The notes: generated from the sequence alone by a model not told the origin. Positions 17,942 through 28,570 are shown, numbered from the stretch's first letter. The stretch is DNA of 64,000 nucleotides from Thermoplasmata archaeon (GCA_052326485.1 JBKQMS010000031.1:16904-80903); one strand, 5' to 3'. Translations and numbers: made by a program.

Positions 17942-20284
17942 ATGCGTTGGCCTCCCGTCGTTTTGGGCGCCCTCCTGGCCCTAGTCGTCGTCGCGAGCCC
18001 CGTCGGGGCGGTGACGGCCGTCCCCGCTCCGGCCGCCACGGGCAGCTCGAGCGCATCCGCCCTCGTGACCGATGCGATCCCGTTGCCGGGGGCCTCGTCC
18101 CCTCGGGCGCTGCCTCCGTCCACCCTAGTTTCTCTGACGTTCACCTTGACCAATCCTCACTCGGCGCTATTGGGTCGGTTCCTGAGCCAGGTCGAGGACC
18201 CCGCCTCCCCGTCGTATCGGCACTTCCTCACGTTCCCTGAGTTCGTGAACGATTTCGCCCCGCCCAGTTCGAGCGCCGAGCGTGTGAAGGCCGCGCTGAC
18301 CGCGGCCGGAGCGCGAGAGATCAGCACCGCCCCGGACCGCTCGACGGTCACCGCTGTCCTGCCGGCCGGGGCGGTCGAGCAGCTGCTCGGGGTGGACCTC
18401 GTCTTCTACGGGTTCGCGGGCCGACTGCCCCTCTACACAGCGGTAGGTACCGTTTCGCTTCCCCTGACCTTGCTCGGTCTCGTCTCGGGCGTCGGCGGTC
18501 TATCCGATTCCGCCACGGCGGAACTCGCCGCGGTATCTATGGCGCCGTCCCTCCCGCTCCGGCCAGCCCCGCTCGACCCCTCTCAATTCGTCTTCGACAA
18601 CACGAGCGGCGAGAATTGGTTCATCGGGTCGGATTACACGCAGGCATACGGGGCCTCCGAACTCTTCCCCGGAGCGACCAGTGTCCCGAACGCTACCTAT
18701 CCCACGTCCGTCGCTATCGCGACCCTGCTCGTTAGCGGGTTCAACCAGACCCACCAGACGGACTTGCCCCCATGGGACCCCACGGTCGTCTCGTCGTACT
18801 TCAACGGCACCCTCGGTCCGGGTTGGCCGATGCCGAGCTTCACCGGCGTGCCCGTAACGCTCAATGGCATCACGCCGGGCCTGCCCGGGTCGTTCGGGGG
18901 CGAGAACGACTCCACGCTGTTCGAGACGGAGAACTCCCTCGACCTCGAGATGGCCGGGAGCCTCGCTCCGGGAGCGTCTGTCTACAACTTCTACTTCGCC
19001 GCCAGCCTGCTCACCGGCTCGGCCACCGATGGGGACGCAGCGGACTACCTCGCGGCCGACCTGGCCCAGGCGTTGAGCTATTCGTACGCGCCCGCGCATC
19101 TCGCGACCGTCAGCTGCTCTTTCGGGCTCCCGGACCTGATCGACCCTGCCTGGAACGCCGAGCTCCTCACCGCCGCCGCGACGGGGGTCACGATCGTGGC
19201 GGCCAGCGGGGATCAAGGCAACGCGCCGGACTCGCTCACCAGTCGCTCGGAAGGTCAATGGCCGATCTGGCCGGCGACCGCGTCCTCGGACACTTTCGGT
19301 TCTCTCTCCGCGGGTGGTGTGTCGCTGAACCTCTCGGGCACCCCGAACTTCTACTACCAAGGAACGGTCCTCAACGCCACCTACGACCCCAACGACGGCG
19401 GGATCTCGAGCATGTCCGCCTGGTACGACACCTCGGGTGGCCAAGGGACGTACGCGGGGACCGAGGGTGGGGTGAGCACGGTGTATCCCGAGCCGCTGTG
19501 GCAGTTCGACTCGGCCGCGCAGCCTGCGGTCGTCAACGCCACGGTCGTCCAGAAAGTGACGACGCTGGGGCGTTCGGGCCCGGACCTCGCCATGCCGGGG
19601 AACGCGACCGTCGTCACGGTCTCCGCGGACCCGAACGGGACGGTCTACTTCGCCGTCCTCGAAGGCACGAGCGTAGCGGCCCCGGTGCTCGCGGGTCTCC
19701 TCGCCGACGTCGTCGCCATCGAGAACAACGGGGCGTCGGGCCCCTGGACGTCCCTGGGCTTCATCGACCCCGAGATCTACCGGTTCGCGAGCTATTTCGC
19801 GCTCCATCCCGCGGCGATTTCGGACCCCTTCCTCGACGTGACCGCGGGAGGGAACTACGTCTTCTCGGCCGCCCCGGGCTGGGACCCGACCACGGGCTGG
19901 GGCGGGGTCGATGCGACGGCGTTCCTCGCCGCCGACCAGAACGGGTCGCTGCTCCGCTACGTCTATCCCGGTCCGACCCCCGGTCTTCCGCCCGGGTACT
20001 CGCCCTCATCGTCCGGCAGCGCCGCGCCACCGTGGCCGTACATCTTCGCGATCTTCGGCGTGGGCATCGTCGTAGCGGTCGTGTTGGTCGCCGTGGCCGC
20101 TCGCCCGTCCCGGCCCCGCTCCCCTATTGGCGGGGTCCCTTGGGGAGCGCAGCTCTCTGGACCCGGATGGCCCGGGCCCCCTACCCCCTCCGTTCCGTTC
20201 CCCGGCGCGACGTTCCTCTGTCCGTACTGCGGGGCCATCCGCCCCGCGGAACCGGTCCGATGTCCGCGTTGTGGGACGTTCTAG
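17942..20284 (+). CDS. Membrane-anchored sedolisin (S53) peptidase with prodomain and C-terminal Zn ribbon
   Basis: Signal peptide; pro-domain (PASPSYRHFLT); ENSLDLE, ASGDQG, EGTSVAAP; Ca site DVTAGGN...GWDPTTGWG; TM helix; CPYCG..RCPRCG. Confidence 0.9.
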   Translation: MRWPPVVLGALLALVVVASPVGAVTAVPAPAATGSSSASALVTDAIPLPGASSPRALPPSTLVSLTFTLTNPHSALLGRFLSQVEDPASPSYRHFLTFPEFVNDFAPPSSSAERVKAALTAAGAREISTAPDRSTVTAVLPAGAVEQLLGVDLVFYGFAGRLPLYTAVGTVSLPLTLLGLVSGVGGLSDSATAELAAVSMAPSLPLRPAPLDPSQFVFDNTSGENWFIGSDYTQAYGASELFPGATSVPNATYPTSVAIATLLVSGFNQTHQTDLPPWDPTVVSSYFNGTLGPGWPMPSFTGVPVTLNGITPGLPGSFGGENDSTLFETENSLDLEMAGSLAPGASVYNFYFAASLLTGSATDGDAADYLAADLAQALSYSYAPAHLATVSCSFGLPDLIDPAWNAELLTAAATGVTIVAASGDQGNAPDSLTSRSEGQWPIWPATASSDTFGSLSAGGVSLNLSGTPNFYYQGTVLNATYDPNDGGISSMSAWYDTSGGQGTYAGTEGGVSTVYPEPLWQFDSAAQPAVVNATVVQKVTTLGRSGPDLAMPGNATVVTVSADPNGTVYFAVLEGTSVAAPVLAGLLADVVAIENNGASGPWTSLGFIDPEIYRFASYFALHPAAISDPFLDVTAGGNYVFSAAPGWDPTTGWGGVDATAFLAADQNGSLLRYVYPGPTPGLPPGYSPSSSGSAAPPWPYIFAIFGVGIVVAVVLVAVAARPSRPRSPIGGVPWGAQLSGPGWPGPPTPSVPFPGATFLCPYCGAIRPAEPVRCPRCGTF

Positions 20285-20300
20285 TCGGGTAGTGGCTAGC

Positions 20301-20972
20301 CTAGGATGCCATCGGGGGCTCGGTTGGAGACTCGGTGGGGGGCTCCTGGTCGGGAGCCCTCTCCTCCGGCGGGCTCCCCGCGGGGACCTCAGGGACCGTC
20401 GCGGGCGGCGGGGCCCCCTCTTCGGAGCCCGTGGCCTGGGGCGGCGGAATCGTGGGGGTGACCCCGAGCTTCTGCTCGAGGAAGCGGCGGATCTCCTCCG
20501 GTCGCGTGGACGCGATCCCGAAGTACTCCGCGAACCGGCGGGTGGTGGTCAGCTCGAGGGTGGAACCCTTCGGTTCCGTGTGGATGAGCCCGATGCCCCT
20601 GAGACGCTGCACCTCTTCGTACGCCACGTCCCCGATCATGCGAACTAGGTTGCTCTGCAGGATCGGCTGGTGGTAGGCGATCAGCGTCAGCGCCCGCAGC
20701 GAGCGGGGGGTCATCTCGACCGGGGTTACCGAGTGGACCGTGGGGACGTACTTCTCCTGGAGCTGGAGGGCGTAGCGGTCGCCCACCCGGCGGACCTCGA
20801 GCGCCGACTGGCGGTTGCCGTAGGTCTGCTCGAGCGTGCGGACGGCGCGCTGGACGGGACGGTAGTCGTCGAGCCCGAGCGCGTCCGCGATCTCCTTCAC
20901 GGCGAGAGGCTTACCGCTGGCGAACAGGACCGCTTCGACCTGGAAAACGAGGTCATCGAGCTTCGACGGCAT
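20301..20972 (-). CDS. scpB: SMC-Scp complex subunit ScpB
   Basis: VEAVLFASGKPL, LRALTLIAYHQPI, TTRRFAEYFGI. Confidence 0.93.
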   Translation of the reverse strand: MPSKLDDLVFQVEAVLFASGKPLAVKEIADALGLDDYRPVQRAVRTLEQTYGNRQSALEVRRVGDRYALQLQEKYVPTVHSVTPVEMTPRSLRALTLIAYHQPILQSNLVRMIGDVAYEEVQRLRGIGLIHTEPKGSTLELTTTRRFAEYFGIASTRPEEIRRFLEQKLGVTPTIPPPQATGSEEGAPPPATVPEVPAGSPPEERAPDQEPPTESPTEPPMAS

Positions 20973-21024
20973 GGACCACCTTCCTTCTTACCTTCCTACC
21001 TACCTGCCCACGTAGCTGCCCTGC

Positions 21025-21981
21025 TTACGCCCCCGCGACCACGACCTTGCGTTCTTCCGCGGTCCGCACCACGAGGACGGGGGACTCCCCGAGCACCTCT
21101 TGGAGCAGCTCGACGGACCGCTCCCCGGCGAGGAACAGGAGCGCGAGGAAGACCGCGACCAGACGGTCGCGTCCCGAAAGCGGGTTCCACAGTTCGAGCA
21201 GCGGGAACGGCTTTCCCACCGGATGATGGAGCGCCGCGTTCCAGGCCTCCTCGAGGTCGCGCTCGGGGATCTCGCCGTGCGCGAGGACCTCGGGGGGAGC
21301 CCGCTGCTCTTCCCGCAGCCGGTCGCGCAGCTCCTCGATCCGAAGCGCGCGGCGCGCGTCGACCTCAGCCTCGCCGAAGGCGCGGACGAGCTCGAGCAGC
21401 GACACCGGCCGCGTCTCGGGGTGGCGGACCATCCCAAGGAGCGGCGGCGGGTCGGTCGACCCGAGGACCGAGCTGGTCACGTCGACCGCCTCGGGGGTCT
21501 CGAGGAGCGGGAGGTAGCCGTCGTCGCCCGCGTCGGTGAGGCCGGCGTCCCCCTCGAGCGCGGGGTCGGGGAGCGCGCGCATCTTGAGGATCTCCTCGGA
21601 CTGGAGGTAGAGGATGTTCCAGGCCATGTAGACGAGACGGCCGGCGATGGCGAAGTTGACGGCGCCGTCCTCCCGGACCCGCTCGAGGTACGACTCGGTG
21701 AACTTCACGAGGTCGATCTCCCACGGGTCGAACTCCTCGTCCATCACGAGCTCGAAGAGGAGCGCGATCGCCTTCTGGAACGGGTCGGGGATCACGATGT
21801 GGACCCCCTCCTTGAGGTTCTCGACGAGCGAGAGGTACCGCTCGAGGAGCGGCGTCGAGCTCTCGTTCTCGTCGATGAGCGAGCGGTGGAAGACGAGGTA
21901 CCGGAGGACCTTCTCGGCCGCCTCCCGGGACACGGCCGTGGACGGCGCTAGCTCGGCGGCCTCCGTTTCGGAGATCGTCAT
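21025..21981 (-). CDS. scpA: Kleisin ScpA
   Basis: DPWEIDL, R.VSLLELV, FLALLFLA...LLQE; ATGA overlap with the smc stop codon. Confidence 0.88.
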   Translation of the reverse strand: MTISETEAAELAPSTAVSREAAEKVLRYLVFHRSLIDENESSTPLLERYLSLVENLKEGVHIVIPDPFQKAIALLFELVMDEEFDPWEIDLVKFTESYLERVREDGAVNFAIAGRLVYMAWNILYLQSEEILKMRALPDPALEGDAGLTDAGDDGYLPLLETPEAVDVTSSVLGSTDPPPLLGMVRHPETRPVSLLELVRAFGEAEVDARRALRIEELRDRLREEQRAPPEVLAHGEIPERDLEEAWNAALHHPVGKPFPLLELWNPLSGRDRLVAVFLALLFLAGERSVELLQEVLGESPVLVVRTAEERKVVVAGA

Positions 21982-24900
21982 CGCGCCTCGAGCGGCGCCG
22001 CCGCCTCCGGGGCGCGGGCGTTCTCGCGGCTCTCGACATCGTGGATGTCGTCCAGGTCGATCCCGACGACGCGGGAGCATCCGTCGCCGCGCATCGTCAC
22101 CCCCAAGAGGTGGTGGGCGAACTTGAGGGTCACTTTGCGCAGCGAGATCACGATGAACTGGGCCCTCTCGGCGTTGCGCCGGAGCATCCGCCCGACGAAC
22201 TCCGCGTTGAGGCCGTCGAGCGACATGTCGACCTCGTCAAAGACGTAGAGCGGGCTCGGGTCGTAGCGCTGCATCGAGAAGATGAACGCGAGGCTCGCGA
22301 GCGACTTCTCCCCGCCGGAGAGCTGCTCCAGCCGGAGCACGGTCTTCCCCACGGGGCGGGCCTTGATCAGCAACCCGCCGGCAAGAGGGTCCTCGGGGTT
22401 CTCGAGGGCGATCTCGCCCTCGCCCCCCGCCGAGAGCTCGCCGTAGATCTCCTTGAACTGGACGCCGACCCGGGCGACGACCTCGGTGATCTTCTCCCGC
22501 TTCTTCTTCTCGATCTCCCCGACGAGCCCGAGGAGCTCGGTCTTCTCGTTCGTGAGGCGGGAGACCTCCGACTGGAACTCTTCCGACCGGGACTTCTCCT
22601 GGTCGTACTCCTCGACGGCGCGCAGGTTGACGTCGCCCATCCCCTGGAGCTGCTGCTCGAGCGCGGCGATCTTCCGCTTCAGTTCCTCGACGGAGGCCGG
22701 CTTCTCGTCCGGCTCGGGCTCGGGGAACTGTTGTAGGGCTTCGTCGAGCTCCTTGAGGCGCACTTCGGCCTGGGCGAGACGCGTCTCCTCTTGGGTGAGC
22801 ATCCCACGGCGGGTCTCGAGGTTCGCCTGCGTCTGGGCCAGCTTGGCCGTCACCGCGAGCCGGTCGGTGTCGAGCTTCTTCTTCTTCTCCGTCTGGGCGC
22901 GAGCGGACTCGCTCTGCTGGGACTCGACGCCCTTGAGCGCCTCGAGCGCCGCCCGGGATTCCTTGAGGGTGCGCTCGGTCTGGGAGATCTCCTTCTTCTT
23001 CGCGGCGATCTCCTTCTGCGCCTTCTGAAGGTCCGTGCGCCGGGCCTCGAGGTTCGCCGCGAGGGCCGTGAGCGAGGCGCGGACCGATTCGAGCTCTCCG
23101 TTGACCTGGACCCGCTCCTCGGAGGTCTTCTGCGCCGTCTCTTGGAGCGCGCGCAGGTGGACCGAGACCGCCTCGGGCAGCTGGCTCAGGTACTGCTCCT
23201 GGGCCTTCTGGGCCTGCTCCTTCAGCGCGGCGATCTCCGAGGCGAGCCGGCTCACGTCGGCTTCTGCCGCCGCGAGGGCCGTCTCGGCCTTCTTCTGGTC
23301 GGCGCGGGCGGCTTCGATTCGGGCCCGAGCGGTCGCAAGACGCTCCCGTGCGGCCTCGAGGTCCTTGTCGAACACCTCTCGCGCGGACTGGTGCGCCTGG
23401 TCCTGGATGGAACGAGTGGAAAGCTCCTCGGCGACCACGCGGATCCGCTCGGTCACGTGGGCGAGCTCGGTCCGGCCGGCGGTCTCGGCCGCGCCTTTTC
23501 CGCGAAGCTCGTCTCCGAGACGCTTCAGCTCGACCGCGGAGTCGCTGCCGCGACCCTGGCTCGTGGGGTCGACGTACCCTCCCGAGATCGCGCCCGTGGC
23601 CTCGATGAGGTCGCCGGTCAGCGTGACCAGGCGCACTCCTCCCATCTGGGCCCGCGCACGCGCGAGGTCGTCCATGACGACCGTCTCGCCGAAGACGTAC
23701 CAGAACGCCGAGCGTAGCGATTCGTCGAACTTCACGAGGTCGATCGCGAAGCCGGTCGCTCCGGCGGCCTTCGCCACGACCAGGGACTTGCCATGCGCCC
23801 GGCCGGGAAGCATCTTGTTGAGCGGTAGGAACGTGGCGCGGCCGCGTTTCTCCTCGCGCAGGAGCTTGATGCACTCCTCCGCCACCTGGTCCGATTCTAC
23901 GACCAGGGCCTGGAAGCGGCTTCCGCCGGCGACCTGGAGCGCGGTCTTCAACTTCGGTTCGAACTCCGCGAGCTCCTCCACGGTGCCCCGGATCCCGGGG
24001 ATCTTGCCGAGGTTGCGCTGGGAGAGGAGGTAATCCACGGCGGCGAGGGCCGTCGGCCGGCCGCCGCCGTCCGTGCGGGCCTTGAGCCGCGCGTCAAGGG
24101 CGAGATACCTTCGGTTCAGCTCGAGGACCTCTTGGGAGAGCCGTTCGCACTCCGCCGAGAGGTTCTTCTCCTTCGTCTTGAGGGCGAAGAGCTCCTTCTG
24201 GAGATCCCCGGTCGCCGGTCCCGAGCCGTTCTTGCCGGGGGTCGTCTCCTTGATGCGGAGCTCGAGGTCCTTGACCTCGACCTCGCGCTCGCGCAGGTCG
24301 TCCTCGGCCTGCGCCTCCGACCGCTCCGCCGTACCGAGGCCGGCGCTTGCCGTCTCGCGGGCCTCTACGGCCTTGGTCCAGGCGGTCTGCTTCGTTTCGG
24401 TCTGACGTGCGAGCTCGAGCTGCTGCTTTCGGGCAGCGGCGAGCTTGTCGCGGCTCTTGCCGGGGGTCCCGGTCGCGGTCTGGATCTCTCGAGCGTTCTC
24501 GTCGGCGGTCTTCGCGAGGGTCGCGAGACGGTCGGCGAGCTTCGACTCCTGGGAGTTGAGGGAGGATTCCTGGGTCTCGTCCGCCCGGACGGCCTTCACG
24601 AGCTCGTCGGCCTGGGTGGAGATGGCGACGAGCGCTTCGCGCAGGTGCCCCAAGCTCTGGTCGAGCCGCGCGTAGGCCATCTTCTTCTCGTCGACCTCTT
24701 GCTTGAACTTGACGGCGGAGGCGCCTCCGGCCTCGGCGATCTCCCGGTCGATCGCATCGATCGCCGACGCGAGCTCGTCCTGCCGGGCGGCGAGCTCGGT
24801 CCGGGTCTTGTCGAGGCCTTCGATCTCGGCGCGGACCGCGTCCACCTGCTTTCGGCAGGTTGAGAGCTCGTGCTCGGCGAGGCGGTGGCCTGCGCGCGCG

Positions 24901-25604
24901 AGCCGGGCCTCCGAGCGCTTCTTGTCGTCCTGGAGCTGCTTATACTGGATTGCGAGGAGCCGCTGCCCTTCGAGGCCCGCGAGTCGGGACTTGATCTCGG
25001 TGAGCAGGGTCTGGATGCGGTCCAAGTTCGCATCGAGGTCGACGCGCTTCGTGGCGGCCCGCTCGAGCTCGTCGTCGTACTGGCTGATGCCCGCGAGGCG
25101 TTCCACGAGGCCCCGACGGGGGACCGGGCCCATCGTGACGATCTTGTTGATGTCGCCCTGCTGGACGAGGTTGTAGCCGTCGCCCGAGAGCCTCGCGTGC
25201 GAGAGGAGGCTGTCGATCTCGGTCTGGGTCGTGCGCTTGCCGTTGACGTAGAAGTACGAGTAGTACCCGTCCGGGTCGCTCGGGGCGAGCTTCACGTACC
25301 GGGTGATCTCGACCTCGGGGGTCTCGACGGGGAGGAGCTTGTCGGCGTTGTCGAAGACGAGGGAGACCTCACACTCCGTCGCCGGCTTCTTCGACGAGCC
25401 TCCATTGAAGAAGAGGTGCGTCAGGCGTTCCGCGCGCAAGGCCTTCGAGCTCGTGGGGCCGAGGACGAACAGGATGGCGTCCGAGATGTTCGACTTCCCC
25501 ATCCCGTTGGGACCCGCGACGCCCGTGAACCCGGGCTGGAACGGGATCTCGGTCGCGCCGGCGAACGACTTGAAGTTCCTCAGCTTGACACGCGTTAGGT
25601 GCAT
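21978..25604 (-). CDS. smc: Chromosome segregation protein SMC
   Basis: NFKSF, GPNGMGKSN, Q-loop VQQG, hinge GRATFLPL and VTLTGD...GAISGG, LSGGEKS, FDEVD. Confidence 0.97.
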   Translation of the reverse strand: MHLTRVKLRNFKSFAGATEIPFQPGFTGVAGPNGMGKSNISDAILFVLGPTSSKALRAERLTHLFFNGGSSKKPATECEVSLVFDNADKLLPVETPEVEITRYVKLAPSDPDGYYSYFYVNGKRTTQTEIDSLLSHARLSGDGYNLVQQGDINKIVTMGPVPRRGLVERLAGISQYDDELERAATKRVDLDANLDRIQTLLTEIKSRLAGLEGQRLLAIQYKQLQDDKKRSEARLARAGHRLAEHELSTCRKQVDAVRAEIEGLDKTRTELAARQDELASAIDAIDREIAEAGGASAVKFKQEVDEKKMAYARLDQSLGHLREALVAISTQADELVKAVRADETQESSLNSQESKLADRLATLAKTADENAREIQTATGTPGKSRDKLAAARKQQLELARQTETKQTAWTKAVEARETASAGLGTAERSEAQAEDDLREREVEVKDLELRIKETTPGKNGSGPATGDLQKELFALKTKEKNLSAECERLSQEVLELNRRYLALDARLKARTDGGGRPTALAAVDYLLSQRNLGKIPGIRGTVEELAEFEPKLKTALQVAGGSRFQALVVESDQVAEECIKLLREEKRGRATFLPLNKMLPGRAHGKSLVVAKAAGATGFAIDLVKFDESLRSAFWYVFGETVVMDDLARARAQMGGVRLVTLTGDLIEATGAISGGYVDPTSQGRGSDSAVELKRLGDELRGKGAAETAGRTELAHVTERIRVVAEELSTRSIQDQAHQSAREVFDKDLEAARERLATARARIEAARADQKKAETALAAAEADVSRLASEIAALKEQAQKAQEQYLSQLPEAVSVHLRALQETAQKTSEERVQVNGELESVRASLTALAANLEARRTDLQKAQKEIAAKKKEISQTERTLKESRAALEALKGVESQQSESARAQTEKKKKLDTDRLAVTAKLAQTQANLETRRGMLTQEETRLAQAEVRLKELDEALQQFPEPEPDEKPASVEELKRKIAALEQQLQGMGDVNLRAVEEYDQEKSRSEEFQSEVSRLTNEKTELLGLVGEIEKKKREKITEVVARVGVQFKEIYGELSAGGEGEIALENPEDPLAGGLLIKARPVGKTVLRLEQLSGGEKSLASLAFIFSMQRYDPSPLYVFDEVDMSLDGLNAEFVGRMLRRNAERAQFIVISLRKVTLKFAHHLLGVTMRGDGCSRVVGIDLDDIHDVESRENARAPEAAAPLEAR

Positions 25605-25703
25605 CGGGTGCTTCCTCCGATCCCTCGACCGGCTGCCATCGTCGCCGAAATCCACCCGTTTGTCGGACGGATGTCAGCAGCGCTCTCCGAGCCCTGTCAG
25701 CCA

Positions 25704-25710
25704 TATTTAA
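25704..25710 (-). promoter_or_regulatory. Putative TATA box (TTAAATA) of smc-scpA-scpB
   Basis: AT-rich box about 100 nt upstream of the smc ATG in otherwise GC-rich DNA. Confidence 0.45.
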
Positions 25711-25891
25711 CCATTGGCTTGCTCGGGTACTGTTGTCGGGCCCGTAGCGACCCTGGATCCGTGCGGGAGAGCGGCGGATCGCCCCGCAAGATCGGACAAA
25801 GTCCTTCGAGGACGGACGGAGAAAGTGGACTAAGTCCGTCCTAAACCGGCCCCAGGTTCATAGTCTTCGGAGCCGCCAGGTTCCAACGATC

Positions 25892-28570
25892 ATGTCGCCA
25901 TCGAGTTCGACCGTGTGTCCGGGGGTCAAGTTCGGTGTCCCGCGAGAGACGGGCCTTCGCGGAAGGACGCTCCAGCTCGTGTTCGTCATCGCCGTTTGCG
26001 GACTCGTGTTGCTGGCCCTTCCATCCCGCGTAGCGGGTTCCTCGGCCACCGGGACCGCGAGCGCAGCGGTCGGGGGGCCCGCCGCCCACGCCCTATCGGC
26101 CCTATCCGCAACCAACTCGACACCTCTGTGTAACGCGACCGTAGTTCCGCCGGGGACTCCCGTCGTGGCCTCGATCTGCATCGGAAACTGGCCCCAGTCG
26201 GTAATCTTCGACCCGGCGAACCAGTTGGTCTACGCCGCGAGTGAGTTCTCTCAGAACGTGTCGGTGCTGAACCTGAACGGGCTCCAGAAGGTCGCCACGA
26301 TCTCGACCGGGAACTCGGCCCGCGGTGTCGCCATCGACCCGAACACGGGAACGATGTTCGTCACCGATGGCCTCGGCGACGGCGTCGCGCTCATCAACAC
26401 CGCCACGAACACCCTCAGCGGCGGGTTCAACCTTACCGGCTACACGGACCTGGTCGGCGACCAGTACGACCCGTCCACCGGTCTGTTGTTCTTCCTGGCC
26501 AACAACAACGACGACCTCGTCTTCGTCAACACCACGACGTACGGGATCACCCAGGTGACGACCCTCCCCGCCAACACGGGCGGGGGGGTCGACCCGATCG
26601 CCGCGATCAACCCGGTCTCCCACGTGATCTACTACGCCGCCCGCGGCACGAACCAGGTCCAGGAGATCAGCGAGCTGAACGGCTCGACCCTCGGGTATCT
26701 CGCGACAAACGGCAACTACGGGCCCACCAATACGTTCTATGACCAGGTCAACGGGCTCCTCTACGTGATGCTCGGAGGCTGGCAGTTCACCTCGCCCGGG
26801 GACCAGGTCGAGGTGTTCAATGCGACGCTCGGCACGGTCGTCGCCACCTTGAACGTGGGTGTCTCCCCCGCGGGCTACGTCTACGACTCGACGAGTGGTC
26901 TCCTCTACGTAAGTTGCCCGGACTCGGGGTCGATCAGCGTCATCAACACCCTCACGCACCAGGTAGTCGGGAACATCTCGCTGGGCGCTGACACCGAGCC
27001 CGGTCAGCTCGCCCTTGACCCGTTCACCGGAGACCTGTTCGTCGGAGAGGACGGCACGGGGATGTTGATCGAGCTTGGGCTCGGACCCGCGTCGAACAAC
27101 ACGACGGGCTATTGGACCCCGGTGGCGACCCCCTCGGGTCCCGTGGCGCGGGCCGGCTTCGGTATGGTCTACGACGGCGCGCTGGGGAAGGTAGTCCTGT
27201 TCGGCGGGTGCACCTCCGGCACCTTCCTCGACCAGGACTGCAACGCCACGAACGACCTCTGGACCTACTCCGGCGGAAGCTGGACTCAGCTCCACCCCGC
27301 GCTCTCTCCGTCGCCCCGCGTGCTCCCGTCGATGGCGTACGACCCAGCCACTCAGCAGGTAGTGCTGTTCGGCGGTCTCTCTGGGAACTTGAGCGCCCCC
27401 CCCTTGGGCGATACCTGGGAGTTCAACGGGACCACCTGGATCGAGCTATTCCCCAGTACGAGTCCGCCGGCGAGCGGGATGGACCAGGCGATGGTCTATG
27501 ACTCTGCTGCCGGCACCATCGTGCTGTTCGCTTCGGGATGGTTGAACGGGGTCCAGGGACCCTCGAGCGCCTACGCGAACGAGACCTGGACGTTCTCCAA
27601 CGGGCAGTGGACGGAGGTCCTCAACGAGACGGGGCCCTCCCCCCGGGGAGGTGAGTCGTTCGACTACGACGCGCCCACGGGGGCAATGGTGCTGTTCGGA
27701 GGGAGCGGCTGCGGGTACTTCGCCGATTCCTGGAGCTGCCCGAGTCTCGGCGATACGTGGACGTACGCGAACGGAACATGGACCCCCCGGACCGGGTCGG
27801 TCGGTCCCGCTCCCCGGGACCTTGCGGCTATGGCCTCTGATCCCCAACTCAACGCGTCGGTGCTGGTCGGCGGCCAATCTGCCGAGACCTACTACAACGA
27901 CATGTGGGCGTACGGGAATGGCACGTGGAGCCCGGTCACTACCCCCGTCGCGCCCTCCCCAAGGGCAGGGGCGGAGATGGTCTACGACGCGGCGGACCAA
28001 ACGATGGTCCTGTTCGGGGGCTATCTGCACGTCGGCCAATCTGCGGGCGGCGGGGAGATCTTCTACAACGACACCTGGACGTTCGGGGTCACCAGACCAC
28101 CCCCCGGCGTATCGGTCGTCTCCATGCAAATCTCGAAGGGACCCACACCGGTGGGCTCGCTGGCCCTGATCGTGGCGGACATCCGGTCGGCCACTCCCGT
28201 CGGGTACGACTTCTCGGGGCTCCCTTCGGGCTGCGAGTCGTGGGACACGAGCGTGCTCGTGTGCGGCCCGACGAGGGCCGGCACGTTCACGGTCGTTCTC
28301 ACGGCCACGGACAATTTCGGCGCGAGCGCTAAGGGCTCCGCCTCGCTCGTTGTGGGGTTCGCTCCGGGCCAGCACTCCCCTACGGCGGTACCCGGAGTGA
28401 GCCCGCTCACTCTGGTCGTGTCCGGCGTGGCGGGAGCCACGATCGGGGCCGTGGTGGTCGCGGCGGTCGTCCTCGCTCGAGGCCGGGAGCGTCGCCGGGA
28501 ACGCGAAGAAGGGGCCACGATCGCTCGGGAGTTGGAGAATCCCCGGGAGCCCGACCGCCCGACGCCTTAA
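25892..28570 (+). CDS. Cell-surface glycoprotein: YVTN-type beta-propeller + Kelch-type repeats + PKD/Ig-like domain + C-terminal TM
   Basis: N-terminal hydrophobic signal; repeats such as P.GVAIDP...MFVT and ISVINT..QVVGNI; repeated 'PSPR...MVYD....VLFGG......DTW' units; GTFTVVLTATD; TM helix followed by RGRERRRERE; many NxS/T sequons. Confidence 0.85.
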   Translation: MSPSSSTVCPGVKFGVPRETGLRGRTLQLVFVIAVCGLVLLALPSRVAGSSATGTASAAVGGPAAHALSALSATNSTPLCNATVVPPGTPVVASICIGNWPQSVIFDPANQLVYAASEFSQNVSVLNLNGLQKVATISTGNSARGVAIDPNTGTMFVTDGLGDGVALINTATNTLSGGFNLTGYTDLVGDQYDPSTGLLFFLANNNDDLVFVNTTTYGITQVTTLPANTGGGVDPIAAINPVSHVIYYAARGTNQVQEISELNGSTLGYLATNGNYGPTNTFYDQVNGLLYVMLGGWQFTSPGDQVEVFNATLGTVVATLNVGVSPAGYVYDSTSGLLYVSCPDSGSISVINTLTHQVVGNISLGADTEPGQLALDPFTGDLFVGEDGTGMLIELGLGPASNNTTGYWTPVATPSGPVARAGFGMVYDGALGKVVLFGGCTSGTFLDQDCNATNDLWTYSGGSWTQLHPALSPSPRVLPSMAYDPATQQVVLFGGLSGNLSAPPLGDTWEFNGTTWIELFPSTSPPASGMDQAMVYDSAAGTIVLFASGWLNGVQGPSSAYANETWTFSNGQWTEVLNETGPSPRGGESFDYDAPTGAMVLFGGSGCGYFADSWSCPSLGDTWTYANGTWTPRTGSVGPAPRDLAAMASDPQLNASVLVGGQSAETYYNDMWAYGNGTWSPVTTPVAPSPRAGAEMVYDAADQTMVLFGGYLHVGQSAGGGEIFYNDTWTFGVTRPPPGVSVVSMQISKGPTPVGSLALIVADIRSATPVGYDFSGLPSGCESWDTSVLVCGPTRAGTFTVVLTATDNFGASAKGSASLVVGFAPGQHSPTAVPGVSPLTLVVSGVAGATIGAVVVAAVVLARGRERRREREEGATIARELENPREPDRPTP

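Noticed and set aside
20301..25604. smc-scpA-scpB as a Wadjet/Mks-type defence system
   Set aside because: Full-length canonical SMC with hinge and standard ScpA/B; no JetD-like nuclease adjacent.
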